This document shows, in pieces, positions 38,921-52,555 of a stretch of DNA of 64,000 nt; the first letter of the stretch is position 1; every line of letters begins with the position of its first letter. The notes beneath the pieces are model-generated. The model had not been told where the DNA came from, did not search any database, and saw nothing but the letters and a program-made list of their open reading frames with translations. A program made the position numbers and the translations under genes. Source of the DNA: Gracilinanus agilis (lineage: Eukaryota). The DNA lies in assembly GCF_016433145.1 (NCBI RefSeq), contig NC_058132.1:250837621-250901620 (forward strand), in the 5' to 3' direction.

Positions 38921-40289
38921 TGCTAATTAATTGATAAAATCATTCCATACAGTTATCTAGTCTACAAAGAAAAAGAGAATAAAATTAATTCATAACTTTG
39001 ATTTATAAGTTTGATTACAACAGCATTTTAAATAAAATGAATGCTAAGCACATCTTAATATTCATTATTCATTTTCTAGTTTATATAGACTTAGACATAT
39101 TATAGAATATTAAAGGCTTTAGAATTTTATGAAGAGGGGTTAAAATTATAATATGGAAATAGTCATAAGAATTCTTTGTAAAAGTAAAAAAAGGGAAACA
39201 AACCATGTCTAACTTGTGAAATAGCAGAAAAACTTGATATGTATGTAATATTGTTATAAGGAATAGTGAATATGAAACTAGGGACAGACTTATATGAAGT
39301 GATAATGAACAAGACAAAACCAAAAGAATATATCTAAATCTACAACCACAAAAATTAAGATGACTTCAAATTGCCACAAAACTCAAATCAAAAGCAATAA
39401 GATTATTAGTAACATGTAAAGTATACACCTCTACCATTAACAAAAGGAAAACAATATGACTATATGTACTACCTCTAAAATCACATGCTATTTTACTCAA
39501 CTGTTTTTAGATTACAATTGTAAAGAAATCAATATTTGAGTGTCTCCTATATGCAAGGCACTGTACTAGATGCCATGGCAGAGATACAAAGATGTGAAGG
39601 TTTCATAAATGTATATCATCATGAAAAGTATATGGGCAGTAGAGATGTGTCAAAATGATATCACATTATTATAAAAACCCCAAGTATTTTGATAGCAAGT
39701 CAGTAATTTTGCACCTGAAAGAGAACTTATGATTTAACATATCATATATGTGTATTAGAAGCAAAGCAAAACTATCATCATAAATCTATAGTTTTGCTTA
39801 AAGATGCTAGTTTGATGTTTCTAAATACATACTTATATTAGTATCTTTAGTACAGTGTCTTTAGTACCATGTTCTGCATGTAGCAGACAAATATTTGCTG
39901 AATAAATCCCTGTCAGAATTTCCTGTTTTAGAAATAGAAATTCTTTTTTTTTTTAATACTAGTAGACATTGAACCTTATATAATGTGCTTTGGAAAAGAT
40001 GACTACATATTATAAACTAAAGACAACAGCATCAAAACATTAGATGTACACTAAATACAGTATTATCTAAAACATTAATTAATGGAAATATTCAGTGATA
40101 ACTAGATTAAGTGAATTTTCAATTCAACTGGAGAGGACAAAATTTAGACAAAGTTGAAAATAATTGGGGGAGTAGGAAAGTTCTGAAGAAACTAATCTAT
40201 AAACTTCTTATTTTGGTTTAAATATTAAGTACTTGCTATACAAAATATGCAAGATACTGTGTGGGCATCTTAAAGAATTATAGTACTGA

Positions 40290-41260
40290 AAACAAAATCA
40301 AATAATTGATTACTTTAAAAAATGTATTAATATAATTTATCCACAAGTGTCCCAGATTCTGCTCTCCACTCCCAGAATCACAGAAGGCATTTTCTGGGAG
40401 ACCAACATGTTCATACGAATTAAATCTTTCCTGTTTTCACCTTTCAGTTCCACTCTCTGGAGGTAACATTCACAATTTATTCTTCTAGTATTAATTCTGT
40501 AGTTGTAAATGATATTCTCTTGGTTCTACTCATTTCACTATTCATTATTCTGTGTAGTTCTAAATTTTTCTTAAATTAGCCTGCTCATTGTTTCTTATGG
40601 TGCAGTTGTATTCCATCACAATCATATCCCACAGTTCGTTTAGTCATTCCTCAATTGATGGACATCCCTACAATTTCCAATTCTTTGCTACCACAAAGTG
40701 AGCTGCTATAATTATTTTGGAACATAAAGATTCTTTTCCTTTTCCCCTGATCTCCTTGAGAAACAGATCCAGCAATGGGTCTAAGGGTATGCAAAATTTT
40801 ATAACTTTCTAGGCATAATTGCTCTCCAAAATGATTGGATCAGTTCACGGCTCTACCAACAATGTATTAGTGTCCCCATTTTTCTACATCCCCTCCAACA
40901 TTTGTCATTTTGCTATTTTGTCATTTTAACCAATCTGATGCTTGTGAGATGGTAACTCAGAATTGTTATGGTTGACAATTATTAGTGATCTAGAAAATGT
41001 TTTCATCTAAAATTTGTCTGATTATATCTTTTGCCCATTTATGAATTGGGGGATGGCTCTTATTCTTATAAATTTGGCAGAGTTCTCTATATATTTTAGG
41101 TATGAGTACTTCTATCTGAAAGGCTGTCAATTAAGCCCCCTCCCTCACCATTTTTCTGCTTTCCTTCTAATCTTGGCAATATTTATTTTATTTGTACAAA
41201 AAAACCTTTCAATTTAATGTACTCAAAATTATCCATTTTACAGTTCACAATGTAAAGTTG
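40290..41260 (-). mobile_element. L1 3' fragment
   Basis: Reverse L1 ORF2 C-terminus and 3'UTR (ttgctctccaaaatgattggatcagttcac). Confidence 0.75.
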
Positions 41261-42329
41261 TTGAATATAGCCTAACTGTGTATATATGTGTATATCTAAG
41301 TACCTAAGATAAATAGGTCATCCAGAGGCCCACCTGTAAAAAGGGATACACTTCTTTGTCAATTGATGCTTCTCCATGCCTTGACTTGTAACCATATGAG
41401 AAATAAAGCCTTTGCTGACTTGGATCCCCCCCAAAAAATGTTATTGATCATTAACAAACTTAAGAGTACTCCTTCAAGATGTAGAGGCAGAAACCATAAA
41501 GTTAATCATGTTCTGATTTTAGAATACATATGGGAATTGATTTTTTTTATTTTAAAAGAAAAAACACTTTAATATGAGTTTTAATACATGGTATTATTCT
41601 TGCACATGTCCTCACATAAATTCTCCACAGGGCATCATTCTCTTAATATTATGTAGGCAACAGTTTAGCATCTTGTTCTTGCTAGTCCTCCTCCCTTTCC
41701 AATCAAATATCTTTGGTGATATCAGTTTTTACGCACAGTTCATTGTTGCTGATGTGCCATAACCTATTTATATCCATCATATCACTCCATCATCCTTTAT
41801 ATGACCTATGATTTTGAGAGAATTTGGTATCCTATGATTCTTAGCCAAGTGGTACCATCTGAAAAATATTAATATTAAAAAAGATTGGTATTATTTTAAG
41901 GAAGAGCTTGATATTACTGGAATTACTGTTCAATTTCCCAAATGCTAGCCCATTATCTTCCTCTTACTTATTTCTAAACCCAGTTTATTGTCCATCTGCC
42001 ATGTCTCTCTAAAAGATAAAGTACTTCATTTCCACAGTCTCTGTCCAATTCAACAAACATTTATTAAACATTCACTCAGCATCAGGCATTGTATGAGACT
42101 TTAGATTTCAAAGACAAAAATGAATACATTCCTTTTCCTTAAGCATGTTAGATTATAGAACCTATGGTCCACCAAGTCAAAATGGGAGCAATGAAACAGA
42201 ACTTTTATAAAGGTTTTAAAAGATGGGAAAAAAAATCATGGGAAGATCATTTGATTACATTTTCAACACTTCTACTGTTCTATGCTGCATCTTGCATAGT
42301 ATTTTATTTTTGAAATTTTAAAATAAAAA

Positions 42330-43370
42330 TTTTAAATTTATAAAGATGTCAGATCTTGTTATTTATATCACCTATATCTGCCATTATATTCCTTCTCTTA
42401 TCCCCTCCCAGAGAACCATCCTTTATGATAAACAGAAGGGGCAACGACATTCCGCAAAATAACCAATATATCAAGTCTGACATTATCTGTAGTATTTTGT
42501 ACCCATAGTCCCCCATCTTGGTGAAAGGTGTTATCTATTACTTCTTTGAAGCCAAGCTTGATCATTATAACTTGAAGAATTCAGTTTTATCGTTACTGTA
42601 GTGATTGTGTATATTGTTTTTCTGGTTCTACCAATTTCATTTTGCATCAGTTCATGGAAGCCTTTCCTTGTCTGTCCTCATTGTGCCTATTCTTCCTTTT
42701 ACCACAATAATGTATTATATTATGTTCATGTACCAATTTGTTTAAAACATTCTCCGAACAATGGATATCTAATTTGTTCATGATTCTTTGTTACCCCAAG
42801 CAGTGTTGCTTGGTATTCTGCTATTTCTAGCAATAGAAATTTATGTCAAAGGGTATGGACATATCAGTCACTTTCTTTACATAATTCCAAATTGTTTTCC
42901 AGAATGGTTGGATAAATTCACAAAGCCACCAATAATGCATTCATTAGCATACCCTTTCATTTCTATAACCCTTCTAAAAGCAACAAACTGTTTTTGTCAG
43001 CTTTGCCAATTTGCTAGTTATGAGGTAAAGTCTCAGGGTTGTAATTTATGCATTTCTTGTTACTAGTAATTTGGAGCATTCTTCTGCAAGTTTTGTAGTA
43101 ATTTACAAATCTTCTGAAAACTATTCATATCCTTTAACTATTTTTCTCCTGGAGAATGGCTTTTGGTTTTATATATTTTTGTAACTTGTCTATATATAAC
43201 AGGATATCCCCAAAGTCTTGGTATGGTTTAAGAATTTATGCTCCCTTTTACTCAGTCAAAGGTGTAACATTAGCACTAATATTCAGAGTTTTTAGTTATT
43301 TTGAATTTAGTATAAACTGTTGGTCTAAACTTAATTTCTTTGAGACTCTTTTCCAATTTTCCTGGTAATT
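42330..43370 (-). mobile_element. Old L1 3' fragment
   Basis: Reverse L1 motifs (ttgttttccagaatggttggataaattcacaa). Confidence 0.7.
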
Positions 43371-43436
43371 CTTTCCCAGGCAATTTATGAAATGAATTTA
43401 GCAAAGTGAGATTTATCAAAAACTGGATTGATCAAT

Positions 43437-43790
43437 GTAATGGACTTTACTACTAGTGGCAATGCAACAAGCCAGGACACTCCTGAAGGACTTATGTAAA
43501 AGAATGCTATCCACATTAAGAGAAAGAACTATGGGATTAGAAATGCAAAAGCAAAACATATGACACCACTTATCACATGTATATATGGGGATGTGATTTG
43601 GGGTTTAGGCCTTTAAAAAAAAATCACTCAATAGCAAAAATGAATAATATGGAAATAGGTATCAAGTGACATTTGTACAACCCAGTGGAATTGCTTGTGG
43701 GCTCTGGGACAGGAGAGGGAAAGAAAATGAATCATGGAAACATGGGAATATTCAAAAATAAATGAATAAATTTTCAAAAATTAAAAAGGA
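43437..43790 (+). mobile_element. Short 5'-truncated L1 3'UTR insertion
   Basis: A-rich tail; approximate TSD aaaaactgga(t/c)tga. Confidence 0.7.
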
Positions 43791-44607
43791 AAAAAACTGG
43801 ACTGAAATCAATTATTTAAGAAAAGTTCTGACAGGATTGCAATTTTGTATGTTACCATTTCTTATCAAAACATCTTATTTCTTTCAATGCATATTAGCAC
43901 AGTCATTCTGTACACAGAATATTGTACATAGAGTAGGAATTCTCCTAATTCAAAAAGTAAATACAAATTTCCAAATATAACACTACACACAGGGAAAATG
44001 TTCATAATAAGTGACAGATAAAAGACAGCTATCAAAAATTTGTTGTGATTTGAGGTCTACAATGGTTTAAAGACTTAGAATATATACAAAGTGATCATGA
44101 ACTAAGAAGAAATAAGTTTACATTATCACAAAGATAGGAAGGTTATCCTTTTTTAACTGTTTAATGCTTAAGTTTATTTTTGTTATAATATGAAATGTTA
44201 ATTACCCAAAGCAAACTATTATACATGCATAATTCTACCCTCTATACTTTTCCCAAAATGTTTACTCTTCTGGAAGATAAAGAAATAATAGCTACCCACA
44301 TAAGCACTTTAAGGTTTGAAAAACACTTTATATATGTTAATGTATCATTTGATCCACACAACAACCCAGGGAAGTAAATTCTCTCCTCAATCCCTGGCCC
44401 CCTACAAAACCCATTTCACAGATAAGGAAACAGGATTAAAGAAATGATTTGCCCAGGGTCACAAAGATAGTTAGTGACAGTAGAAAGTCTTAAACTAAGG
44501 TATTCATCACTCCAGATCCAATGCTCTAATTAATTGAACTCCCTTATTCCACTAAAGAAAGGTGACAAAGGAGAAGAGAATTCAGGTCACCTAAAATTTC
44601 TCTTTAT

Positions 44608-44685
44608 TAGTCAGTTGACCCCCATTGCCCACCCTTACCAGTCTTCCACCAAGGAGCCAATACACAGAAGTTAAGAGTTTAAAAA
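44608..44685 (+). mobile_element. Heavily 5'-truncated SINE1_Mdo-like SINE
   Basis: Only the 3' ~70 nt; 15-bp TSD aaaatttctctttat (44593-44607 and 44686-44700). Confidence 0.88.
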
Positions 44686-45499
44686 AAAATTTCTCTTTAT
44701 AACAAAATTGCTAAAATAAACAGAAGGTAGACTAGAGTTCTTAGAAAAAGATAAGGAAAAAATATACCAGTAAGTTAAACAAAGGTATCTGATGGTGCAT
44801 CTAGGATTTCCTTTCTGGTTTGAATATTAAAAGGTCATAATGATAAATGCTCATAGAATCAAAAGTAATCTGGGATCAAAGAATTCTACTGGTCTTCAGA
44901 TTTCTAGAATAGTATGGAGCAGATAACAGAATAAGAATTACAGCCCTAAGGATATTTTAACTCACATTATTTAGAACTGTAGGTGATCTGAGAGATCACC
45001 TGCACTGGCAGATATAAGTCTTTTTAATTTTTAAAGATTAATTAAATTTTTTAACTCATTGTTTCTTATTGCTGTCCTTGGTTTTTCTGAGAGCATACTG
45101 CTCATTATTTCTTATAACACAATAGTATTCCATCACAAATTCCCTAATTAATGGGCATGCCTTTAATTTCAAATTCTTTGCCATTACACAAAGGAACTAT
45201 AAGAATACAATTACAAAATACTTTGTAGAAATTCAGAACAAAGTAACTGGAAGTATGTTAACTGCTTATTGCTGGGCTGGACCAACAAATTATAATTATG
45301 ACTATGACCTAAATTAATTTACTTATTTAATGCCAGACCAAACAATTATAGAAGTAGACAAAATAACAAAACTCATATGGAGGAACAAAAGGTCAAGAAT
45401 CTAATGAGAAATTATGAAAAAAGCAAGGAAAGATGCCTAGGAGTACATCTCAAACCACATTACAAAGCAGTAACTTTCAAAATAACTTAGTATTGGTTT

Positions 45500-45850
45500 T
45501 GTTGATGTGGAATCTAGAAGCCCCCAAACTTGTAGCCTAGAAAGAGTTAATGAACCCCAGTTTACTTAGCTTAAAGGTAAAAGCCCCAGCTTTGACCTTG
45601 TCATATGAGAGTTCCTCCCTAGGGAGAGTCCAACTTCACTAGTCTCAGACTAACAATAGACTCTTTATTGGAACTCGAGTGGACCCATCATCCCCATCTG
45701 GGGCAAGCCCAAGCTGAATCACTCTTTAGCACAGTAGGCAGTCTCATAAGCTGAAGGTCCTGAGTTTGATCCTCAAAAGGAGGGTTTCATTTTAGTTGGG
45801 AATTGTAGATTTACTCCTCAGGATAAAGATGCTAACTGAGTGCATAGGCA
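45500..45850 (+). mobile_element. Truncated LTR-like fragment related to 46134-46735
   Basis: Shares atgtggaatctagaa, tttgaccttgtca(t/c)atgaga and agt(c/t)tcagac with the adjacent LTR. Right boundary unclear. Confidence 0.55.
45720..45784 (+). pseudogene. tRNA-Met(CAT) elongator-derived pseudogene with an 8-nt deletion
   Basis: ctctttagcacagtaggcag-tctcataagctgaaggtcctgagtttgatcctca aligns to recalled tRNA-Met (TTAGCGCAGTAGGCAGCGCGTCAGTCTCATAATCTGAAGGTCCTGAGTTCGA) minus CGCGTCAG. CpGs decayed; cloverleaf broken. Confidence 0.8.
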
Positions 45851-45884
45851 TCTCATCAATATGAGATCATCAAATAGTATAGAG

Positions 45885-46074
45885 CAGTGGTTCCCAAAAT
45901 TTTTTGGGCTACCGCCCCCTTTCCAGAAAAAATATTACTTAGCCTCCTGGAAATTAATTTTTTAATTTTAATAGCAATTAATAGGAAAGATAAATGCACC
46001 TGTGGCCATCACTGCTCTCCTGGATCACTGTAGCACCCACCAGGGGGTGGTAGCGCCCACTTTGGGAATCACTG
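45885..46074 (-). mobile_element. 190-bp hAT MITE (OposCharlie/OC1-like; name uncertain)
   Basis: TIRs cagtggttcccaaa / tttgggaatcactg; 8-bp TSD gtatagag/gtttagag. Confidence 0.9.
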
Positions 46075-46133
46075 GTTTAGAGAAAGAAGAAAAGAGGACC
46101 CAAAACAGAATCCCAGAACAGAATCCTAAGGTT

Positions 46134-46735
46134 TGTAAATGTGGAATCTAGAAACCAATCTAGAAATCCCAAGTTTGTAGCAATTTGAGACCTTGAGACC
46201 CTAAGTTTGACCTTGTCACATGAGAATTTCTCCAGGAGGGAAATCCCAGCTACAGAGTTTCAGACAAAGGATAAACCTTAAAGTACTTTAGGTGGAGATA
46301 GCAGACTCAATCATATGCTAAATACCCTTTTTGTCCTAGTAGTTTCCCCCAGGATCAAAGTCCTTTCTCTGGTAGCCCCAGACCTGGGCTGGATCTTTCC
46401 TTTTTGTGTCCCAGTAAAACATCAGCCTCTCCCAGATAATCCTGTCTAGGACTCCCCATTTCTTAGTAGCAATTGTAAAGCTCATCAACTGTATGCTCAG
46501 GTCCTCAGTTCCCCAAGAGGTGTATGTATGTGTATATATATAAGCTCCCCAATTTTCATTATTCCTTGGAGCTGTCATCTAGTATGGTGTCACTCCCAGG
46601 GATACGGTACCCAGAGTAGCCAGTTTTTGACTCTGTGTGGAGGCCTAAATTATTTGTACCATATGCCTCTCCTGATTAGACTTGGTTTTTCTGACTATTT
46701 AATAGTTCTGTGGGTTTTTTTTTTCCAGTTTAACA
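46134..46735 (+). mobile_element. ERV LTR (ERV1-type 4-bp TSD), 602 bp
   Basis: TG...CA termini (tgtaaat...ttaaca) flanked by ggtt on both sides; TATA-like tatatataag near 46535. Confidence 0.75.
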
Positions 46736-46739
46736 GGTT

Positions 46740-48300
46740 AAATGGTGTAAATCAGCTAAAGATCTAGGCAAAGGAAACTGAGGAGACCTGTGACCAAAGT
46801 GATAGAATCTCAAAAGAAAACAATTTAAATTACACAAAACAAAAATTATTGCACAAAGCCAATGCATTAAAATGAAAAGGAAAGTTAACCTGGAGAGGCC
46901 TTTTATAGCAAAAATTTCCAATAATGATCTTGGATAAATTAAGAAATGAATTCAAACATACAAGAACAAGATCTCCTCCTCAACAGATAAACTGTCAAAA
47001 GGACAAGTGGTTCTCAAAGAAATTCAAGCTATCAAAAACCATATGAAAAATGCTCCAAATTACTAATAATTAGAGAACTGCAAATTAAAGCAACTCAGAG
47101 GTTCTACCTCCTGCCTATATGATTGGAAAAGATGAACAAAAGAAAAAGAAAAAAAAATGAAATTGTTGGAGAGGTCAAGAAAGTACTATACTACTAAAGC
47201 ACCACTGACAATACTTCTGATTTCTGGATTTCAACACCATGCTTGGCTTTCAGTCAGATCTTACAATGTCCACCTACCCCAGTAGCCTTCTCACAATGGA
47301 GTATTCCTCTGCCATGGGTAAGAAAACGGCTTTCTTTTGCAAGTATTTATATCCCTATTGCTTGGCACAGTGCCTGGCACACAGTAAGCACTTAATACTT
47401 GTTGACTGTTGGCACAGTTGCGAAATAGTCTAACAAGGTTTTGAAAGCAATTTGGAACTATGCCCAAGTCACTAAATTGTGCATACCCTTTGATTGCTGG
47501 ACACATAATCACCAGACCTATACTCCCCCAAAAGTTAAGTAATCCCTATGTACAAAAATGTTTATAACAGCTTTTTTTGCTGTTACAGCCAAGAACTGGA
47601 AGCCAAGAGAATTTAATATTCATCAATTGGGGGAATAACTAAACAAGTTGTGGTACATGAATGTAATGGTATATATGTGTACATGAATGTATTCTTTTAG
47701 ATAGATATAAGTATAAAAGGGTAGGTTTCAGAAAGCCTGAAATGACTGGTATGAAATGACACAGAATAAAGTAGGTAGAACTCAGAAAACAATTTATATA
47801 CATTAACAATAACATTATAAAGAAAAACAATTTTGGAAGATTTCAAGACTAGAAGGTTCAGTAAAACAATAATGAAGCATACTATTTACTTCCTCAGATA
47901 GAGGTGATCAACTCAGTGTGCAGAATGAAATATACATTTTTGGAAACAGCCAGTGTGGGGATTTGTTTTGCTGGACTATACATATGTTACAATGGTTTTA
48001 TTTTTCTACCTTTTCCAAGGGAGATAAGACTACTAAAAGGGTTGCCACCCCGCCCCCCAAGAAAGAAGATTAGGTCATTAAAGGATTTTTTTAAATACAC
48101 AGAAGGGAACAGAAAGAAGGAAGTCAGAAGGAAACAATGACAAACAATATCACTTTGAAAATTAAATATTGAATCTACTATATACTTAAAAAGGAAAAAC
48201 AAGCTATATATCATAAAAGATTTGTGGCTTCATCTAGAACTCTCTTTTGCTGTTCCTTTGCATATGTCATTTGTGTTTAAGTCCATAATAATGTCTATGT
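46740..48300 (+). mobile_element. Old L1 ORF2 3'/3'UTR fragments
   Basis: catatgaaaaatgctccaaattactaataattagagaactgcaaattaaagcaactc; tttggaactatgccca. Confidence 0.7.
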
Positions 48301-49121
48301 AATTCAAGTAAAAGTCCTAAATCTTTTTTTTAATTCCAACTAGATTTTATCTGTTTCCTTTAAGCACTAAAATTCTGTCTCTATACTTGAAAAAACACAA
48401 TGTTTAAAAAAGAGAAATTAGAGAAAACATATCAATTAAAACAACTGGGTTTTGCAAGCAGTTGTCTTAGAAAACAAAGGACTAACTAAAAAAATACTAA
48501 CCAAATTCATCTTCATTCAAGACCTTAATTCTATAGATTTAACAGTAATGGAGAAAAGAAGCGTTTGATACATCAAACAGAGATACTTCAAATAGAAGTA
48601 ACTACTATGCTGGTTAGATAACTAACCTTTGAAATAAACTACTAAATCACTTGTTTCCATCCTTAGTTCCTTATAGCCTGTAATTAGGAATACCAGTGTT
48701 CAAATTTGAACATGTATGTTCATACATGTCTGAGCTGTGTGATCTTGGGCGAGTCACCTGACTTCAGTTTCCACAACTGTAAAATGGGGATAATAATAAT
48801 AGTACCTGCCTCTCATGGTTATAAGGATTAAATGAGATATTTGTAAAAAAAAATTTAATTAAATTTTTGAAAAATAGTCCTTGGTAAAACTATATATACC
48901 TCCCTTCCTCATAAATGTTCAATATATGCTATGCAAATTAAAATGGCCATTGTCTTTTTTTGTGGCATAGTGAAAAGAGTACTAGAAACAGAACTGGACT
49001 GTAGATATTTCACCTTAGATAACCTTGAGCGAATGAATGAATTTTTTTGTACCTGTTTCTCCATGTGTAAAATGAGAAGGTTAGATTTGACAGTACTTTT
49101 TGAGTCTAAAATTCTATGTTT

Positions 49122-49350
49122 GGGAGCATCTGGATGTCTCAGTGAATTGAGAGCCAAGCTTACAAACAGGAGGTCCAGATTTCAAATCTGACCTCAGACA
49201 CTTTCCCAGCTGTCCTACCTTTGACAAGTCACTTAACCTTCATTGGCTAGCCCTTACCACTCTTCTGTCTTGGAACCAATATACAATATTGATTCCAAGA
49301 TGAAAGATAAGGGCCTAAAAAGCAAAATAAATAAATAAATGAATAAATGG
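49122..49350 (+). mobile_element. Older SINE1_Mdo-like SINE
   Basis: Core and (AAAT)n tail; TSD ctatgtttgg. Confidence 0.82.
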
Positions 49351-50232
49351 GGCTATGTTTGGTGTAGGTGGTCGATTCTTATATGCTTTGAAATGGAAAG
49401 TATGCTATTAAAACAAATAAAAATGAACTTTTAAAATATTATGGTTTACCTCTATTCTAAGTCAACAAGATAGACTATCTTACTTGAGTTCTATTATAGT
49501 CTAATAGGGAAAAAAAGGAATTAAGAGTTTGGTTATAGTAGGAAGATGAAAGATTATGTAATTCTTTATACCCAATATTAAAATTTAGGATATAAATTTT
49601 TCTTTCCTTTCCTTCCCATCTTTCCTCCAGATTCAATAAAATTGTACATACAAATCAATTCTGTTCAAATCATCTAAAAGAAAACACAGATCTGGTCCAA
49701 AATAACAAATTCCTATAATACATGCCCTCCTCTTTTCAAAATTAATTGATTTAAGGCATATTCCTAATTAACTGTATCACATAAATGCATTTTCATTTTT
49801 CAGTAATATTAATAAATATTGAAGTTTTAAGGGAAAGGCTTAGGGGAGGGGTACACAGTACCAAAACCAAAACTTGAAGTCAGGTTCATTTGCAGCAAAG
49901 CAAGATAAATGTAGGATAAGGGAAAAGGTGCTGGTGGGCAAGCTCCTGACTCCATTTATTGCTCCTCTGTCTATCTCTCGGTCCTCTACCCTTTTCCTTC
50001 TCCAGCCCTGGGCCAGAGCTCTATACCATTGGGACATCAGTGCCTGGATGTTACCAAGATACTGCAAAGGACACATGATGAAAATGTTATCCATAGCCAA
50101 AGAAGGAACTGTTGCACTCTGACTGCAGATCAAAATATGCCATCGTCCACTTTATTTCCTTCATTATTTTTTTACCGTATGTGTGATATGTCTTTTCTTA
50201 TGGCATGAGTAATATGGAAACATGTATTTTAT

Positions 50233-50423
50233 CAGTGATTCCCAAAGTGGGTGCCACCGCCCCTTGGTGGGTGCTGCAGCAATCCAGGAGGCAGTGATGG
50301 CCACAGGTGCATTTATCTTTCCTATTAATTGCTATTAAAATTTTAAAAAATTGATTTCCAGAGGGCTGAGTAATATTTTTTCTGGAAAGGGGGCGTTAGG
50401 CCAAAAAAGTTTGAGAACCACTG
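50233..50423 (+). mobile_element. 191-bp hAT MITE, same family as 45885-46074, inserted in an L1 3'UTR remnant
   Basis: TIRs cagtgattcccaaa / tttgagaaccactg; TSD tattttat/tattatat. Confidence 0.9.
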
Positions 50424-52175
50424 TATTATATGAAAGCAATGGTATAACCTATATTGAACTATTTACCAATGGGGGGAGGGAGACAGGACCTGAATACTAA
50501 AATATCAGAAAATGATTGTCAGAAATTGCTACTACAAGCCAGGGGAGGGGGAGGTGGGGGGGGGGGGTGAAGGGGAAAATAAGAGCATAAATAATGTAAC
50601 CATGTTAACTTTTCTAAAATATAAATATTAATAAATGTAAAAAAAAAAAGAAATTGCTACTACATGTAACTGAAAATAAACTTTTTAAAAAGAGAAAATG
50701 ACTTTGTAATGTTCCAGTCTTCAACGGTCAGCATGCCCTGAACAGTACCCATGCTTTCCTCTATCTTCTCAAAGTTGCATCCTGGAACATTCCAAAAGAT
50801 TGACAGTATATTTCTTGTGCTAGGCAAAAGTTTCCCATGTAGCCCAATCACAGAAACCTTCCCTCCTTTTTCTTGAAACACTACATCCTCCTCTAATCAC
50901 CTGGAGGAGAGGGGGGTTCCTTTGGGTCTATCCAAACCCCACTCCCCAGCATACATGTGTTTTTAAATTCACTCAATGGAAATAAACATCTTTGCTACCA
51001 AAAAAAAAGCAAGATAAATGGTTCTTATTTTAGTTCAGATTTGTTCAATAGATAGATGTGGTAAAATAGTCCTTTGCAAAGAATAAAACTTACAAGAAAA
51101 TATAGGTTCCCTAGGCTCAGCAGACTTACACTGAAGCTGAAGAAAGAAGTAAAGAATGAACTACAAACCACAATTACATACAACTATAATAGATTCTTAA
51201 TTTCTATATTCCAGTGTCTAGCAATAGGTAATAAATACCTTACGAAGTATAAAGATCTTATACACATTCCTTGATTTCAGCCTCACAATAGAGCATTAAG
51301 CAAGGCAGATTAAGTATTCTCATCCCCATTTTATAGATGTGGATGCTGTAAAAATAAATGGGGAAAACTATGCAAATAAAGGTTCAAAACTGTTTATAGA
51401 TACTTTTGATAGATATAACCAAAAGTATCTTCAGTGATAAAAGTGAAATGAAGCTCATATGTGAACTTCTCTTCAGGGCCAGGTGCAAGGATGCTAAAGA
51501 GACTCATAAAAAAATTAACTATTTATTGAGAGTATATAAAGAATAAAAAGGATTTCTAACTCTAAGGGATTCTAACTCCACTCAAATAAAACTCCCTGGT
51601 TCCACAAGGAACCACTTCTGTTTTCATAGGCTACACTAATCCTTCCTGATCTGACCAACCCAACTTTTTACTATTCTAAATAACCTAACAATATTATCAT
51701 TGTATTTCTTAACTTTGCCTTCATGTTATAAAAATAACAAAGGCTAGCTGGTTGAATTTCAACAAGAATCAAGTTAGGACTATGAGACTTAGCAGACTCA
51801 AGAGTCCAAACCAAAGACCAGGTTTTTCTTTGGTCTTCTCAGTTAAATCAATCCATAAAAACTGTAATAGATAGTCAATTGTGTTTCCCAAGTTGGAAAA
51901 AGAAAACACTAAGCTCCTTCAGGTCTTTCAGTCAGACAGTGAGAGTGAGGCAAAGATGTTACATCCTACAGCCCTCAGAAAGAGTCCCTGTGTGACTTTG
52001 CAAAATGCCACTCCCAGAAAGAGTAATTGCCACAAGAAAACCATTAGACTTGAAACTGACTCTGGCTCAGCTATTTGAAACTCCTATTCTTTCTCAAGCC
52101 AACTTCTCTACTTATCTCGAAACCAACAAAAAAAATACTTATTTCCTAATATCATCCTTATAATGCTTAAGTTTT

Positions 52176-52362
52176 TTTTTTTTTTTAAACCCTTGCACTT
52201 CGGTGCATTGTCTCATAGGTGGAAGATTGGTAAGGGTGGGCAACAGGGGTCAAGTGACTTGCCCAGGGTCACACAGCTGGGAAGTGGCTGAGGCCGGGTT
52301 TGAACCTAGGACCTCCTGTCTCTAGGCCTGACTCTCACTCCACTGAGCTACCCAGCTGCCCC
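52176..52362 (-). mobile_element. SINE1_Mdo-like SINE (variant 3' end)
   Basis: 15-bp TSD taatgcttaagtttt (52161-52175 and 52363-52377). Confidence 0.92.
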
Positions 52363-52555
52363 TAATGCTTAAGTTTTGAGAAGGAATTAGGTGGAATGGA
52401 AAAGAACAATGAACTTGTAAATCAGGAGATCTGGGTTCCAGTGCTACTTATTATGTGCTAGTCCAAGCTTAGTTTCCTCCTCTGCAAAGTGTCAGCACTG
52501 GATAAAATTATTTCTAAATTACACATTTATATCTAGCAATTCTGTGCTTCTAGAC

